IMG/VR virus record: IMGVR_UViG_3300050821_009413
Span: 81,490-145,489 of that record
DNA from: a virus
Taxonomy: Duplodnaviria > Heunggongvirae > Uroviricota > Caudoviricetes
Reading direction: 5' to 3' (one strand)
DNA: 64,000 nucleotides
Below the pieces are notes generated by a model. It searched no databases. It worked only from the letters and a program-made list of their open reading frames with translations, and had not been told where the DNA came from. A program made the position numbers and the translations under genes. This document shows, one piece after another, positions 63,012 to 64,000 of the stretch. Within the stretch, counting starts at the first letter, position 1; every line of letters begins with the position of its first letter.

Positions 63012-63090
63012 GTTGCGCCTGGCGACGCGCAGCACCTGCACGACCGGACCCATCGGTCGTGCAGGACTGTAGGTGTCAGGCTTGCGGGAA
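63012..63090 (-). terminator. hairpin plus CTGTAGGTGTCAGG box at 3-prime end of gene 63076-63369
   Basis: CACCTGCACGACCGG-ACCCAT-CGGTCGTGCAGG stem-loop, then ACTGTAGGTGTCAGGC. The stem carries compensatory substitutions relative to the 61168-61250 copy. Confidence 0.4.
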
Positions 63091-63369
63091 CTTGCTGGGG
63101 AACTCGTTCAGTTCCTGTTGTTCGCGGCCAATGTATCCTGCGATGCGCTGGCATTCCCGGACGAGTGTCGCGTTGTCGATGCCCATGCGGTCGGCGATCC
63201 GTTTAGCGGTCGCGTTGACTCCCTGCCAGTAGCCGTAGCAGGTGTAATGTTCGCATTGTCCCACTGTGGGGACGCCGCCGCGGGCTACCGGGTCGGCCAG
63301 CAGTTCGTCACAGTGACGTTTGCTGCGCACGATCGTGCGGATAATCTCGTATTCAAGTTCAGTCAACAT
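63076..63369 (-). CDS. hypothetical protein
   Basis: 97 aa. Confidence 0.35.
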   Translation of the reverse strand: MLTELEYEIIRTIVRSKRHCDELLADPVARGGVPTVGQCEHYTCYGYWQGVNATAKRIADRMGIDNATLVRECQRIAGYIGREQQELNEFPSKFPQA

Positions 63370-63676
63370 ATTTGTTCTCCTTTCTTCCGGCGAATTCTGT
63401 TATTGCGCGTTGTCCGGTGGCGAAGCTGCGCACGACTTCATAGGATGGTTGTCCGTTGTTGTCGTGGGAGTAGCGTTCGACGTTCCAGTACGCGAAGTTT
63501 TCGCCTACACGCCGGATCCGCCACGGGGCGCGCGGCCACCGCTCGTTGGTTAAGTAGCCGCCGTCGGGTGTGCCGATCCTCATTTGCGATGCCCGTGTCC
63601 GTGACCGGACACCAGGATGCAGACACGCTGTTTCTCCACAACCTGCGGAGTCCCAACTATCAGCGAGTCGGCCCAC
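63359..63676 (-). CDS. hypothetical protein
   Basis: 105 aa. Confidence 0.35.
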   Translation of the reverse strand: MGRLADSWDSAGCGETACLHPGVRSRTRASQMRIGTPDGGYLTNERWPRAPWRIRRVGENFAYWNVERYSHDNNGQPSYEVVRSFATGQRAITEFAGRKENKYVD

Positions 63677-63737
63677 ACCATCAACGCGACAGCGACGAGG
63701 AAGATGAGCATCGTCCCAACGAACAGTTTAAGACCGC

Positions 63738-63983
63738 TCATCGTTTCACTGCCCGTTTGCGCGCTGGTACGTATGGTGCGCAGAACGCGGCGTACCGGGC
63801 GAACATTTCAGGTTCGGCGTCGGTTGGGTCGTCTTGGACGGCCATCAGGGTTTGGGGGTCGGGCAGCCGGCCTCGGAATATTGTGGTCCTGATGAGTTCG
63901 CATGCGTCGCCGCCGCACGCTGGACGCCAGGCGTCTTCGTAGTCGTCGGTGCGCCGGTCGTAGTCGTAGTCAGTGATTGTCAT
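63738..63983 (-). CDS. hypothetical protein
   Basis: 81 aa. Confidence 0.3.
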   Translation of the reverse strand: MTITDYDYDRRTDDYEDAWRPACGGDACELIRTTIFRGRLPDPQTLMAVQDDPTDAEPEMFARYAAFCAPYVPARKRAVKR

Positions 63984-64000
63984 GCGTCGTACCTTTCCCA

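Noticed and set aside
1-64000. Integrase / attP or immunity repressor
   Set aside because: I found no tyrosine or serine recombinase motifs and no CI-like repressor in this window. Either the integration cassette lies elsewhere or the phage is not temperate.

Overview
The window is GC-rich (about 60%) and reads as a segment of an actinobacteriophage genome, most likely a mycobacteriophage. Three things carry that inference: a PPE-family gene, and phage homologues of two mycobacterial proteins, Lsr2 and the macrodomain of DarG (a DNA ADP-ribosylation antitoxin); Ku (DNA end-binding), the RtcB RNA ligase, free-standing HNH endonucleases and a lysin A/lysin B pair make up the rest of the phage signature. 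No database search was possible; all calls come from reading the translations and the DNA.

Layout:
- 0.68-1.06 kb: four tightly packed minus-strand tRNA or tRNA-like genes.
- 1.1-8 kb: a mixed block with HNH endonucleases and an Lsr2 homologue.
- 8-18 kb: a rightward lysis region. It holds a papain-like peptidase, an HNH endonuclease, lysin A, a Pro/Trp-rich protein, lysin B, a pyruvyltransferase-glycosyltransferase fusion, holin-like membrane proteins, a PPE-family protein and a secreted NlpC/P60 (cell-wall peptidase family) protein.
- 18.4-64 kb: a long leftward accessory region.

The most interesting systems are these:
1. A leftward island at 24.2-39.3 kb combines a metallophosphoesterase, a DarG/TARG1-like macrodomain, a NAMPT-family nicotinamide phosphoribosyltransferase, a Ter-like stress module (TerD, a vWA/TerY-like protein, a TelA-like protein, TerC), a DEDDh exonuclease, a Prs-like ribose-phosphate pyrophosphokinase and a PTH2 peptidyl-tRNA hydrolase. 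I read it as a candidate NAD+ reconstitution and ADP-ribose-reversal counter-defence island of unusual composition.
2. A paralog array of three amidoligases and two Ntn/class-II glutamine amidotransferases, all carrying Cys-rich zinc modules, sits near a gamma-glutamylcyclotransferase-like gene, a HAD hydrolase, RtcB and an HNH endonuclease.
3. A phage-encoded PPE protein with an SVP-like C-terminal motif.
4. A voltage-sensor-domain-only membrane protein.
5. Two abundant repeat families. The first is an about 50-bp GC-hairpin, CCGGGGACGGCG-loop(TGGGTATCAC)-GGCCGTCCCCGG, with at least 17 copies; two of them lie in-frame inside coding sequences, including NAMPT. The second is a 15-bp palindrome, GTTGCA-N3-TGCAAC, found 30-130 bp upstream of at least 12 leftward genes, sometimes nested in about 70-bp super-palindromes or paired with covarying hairpins.
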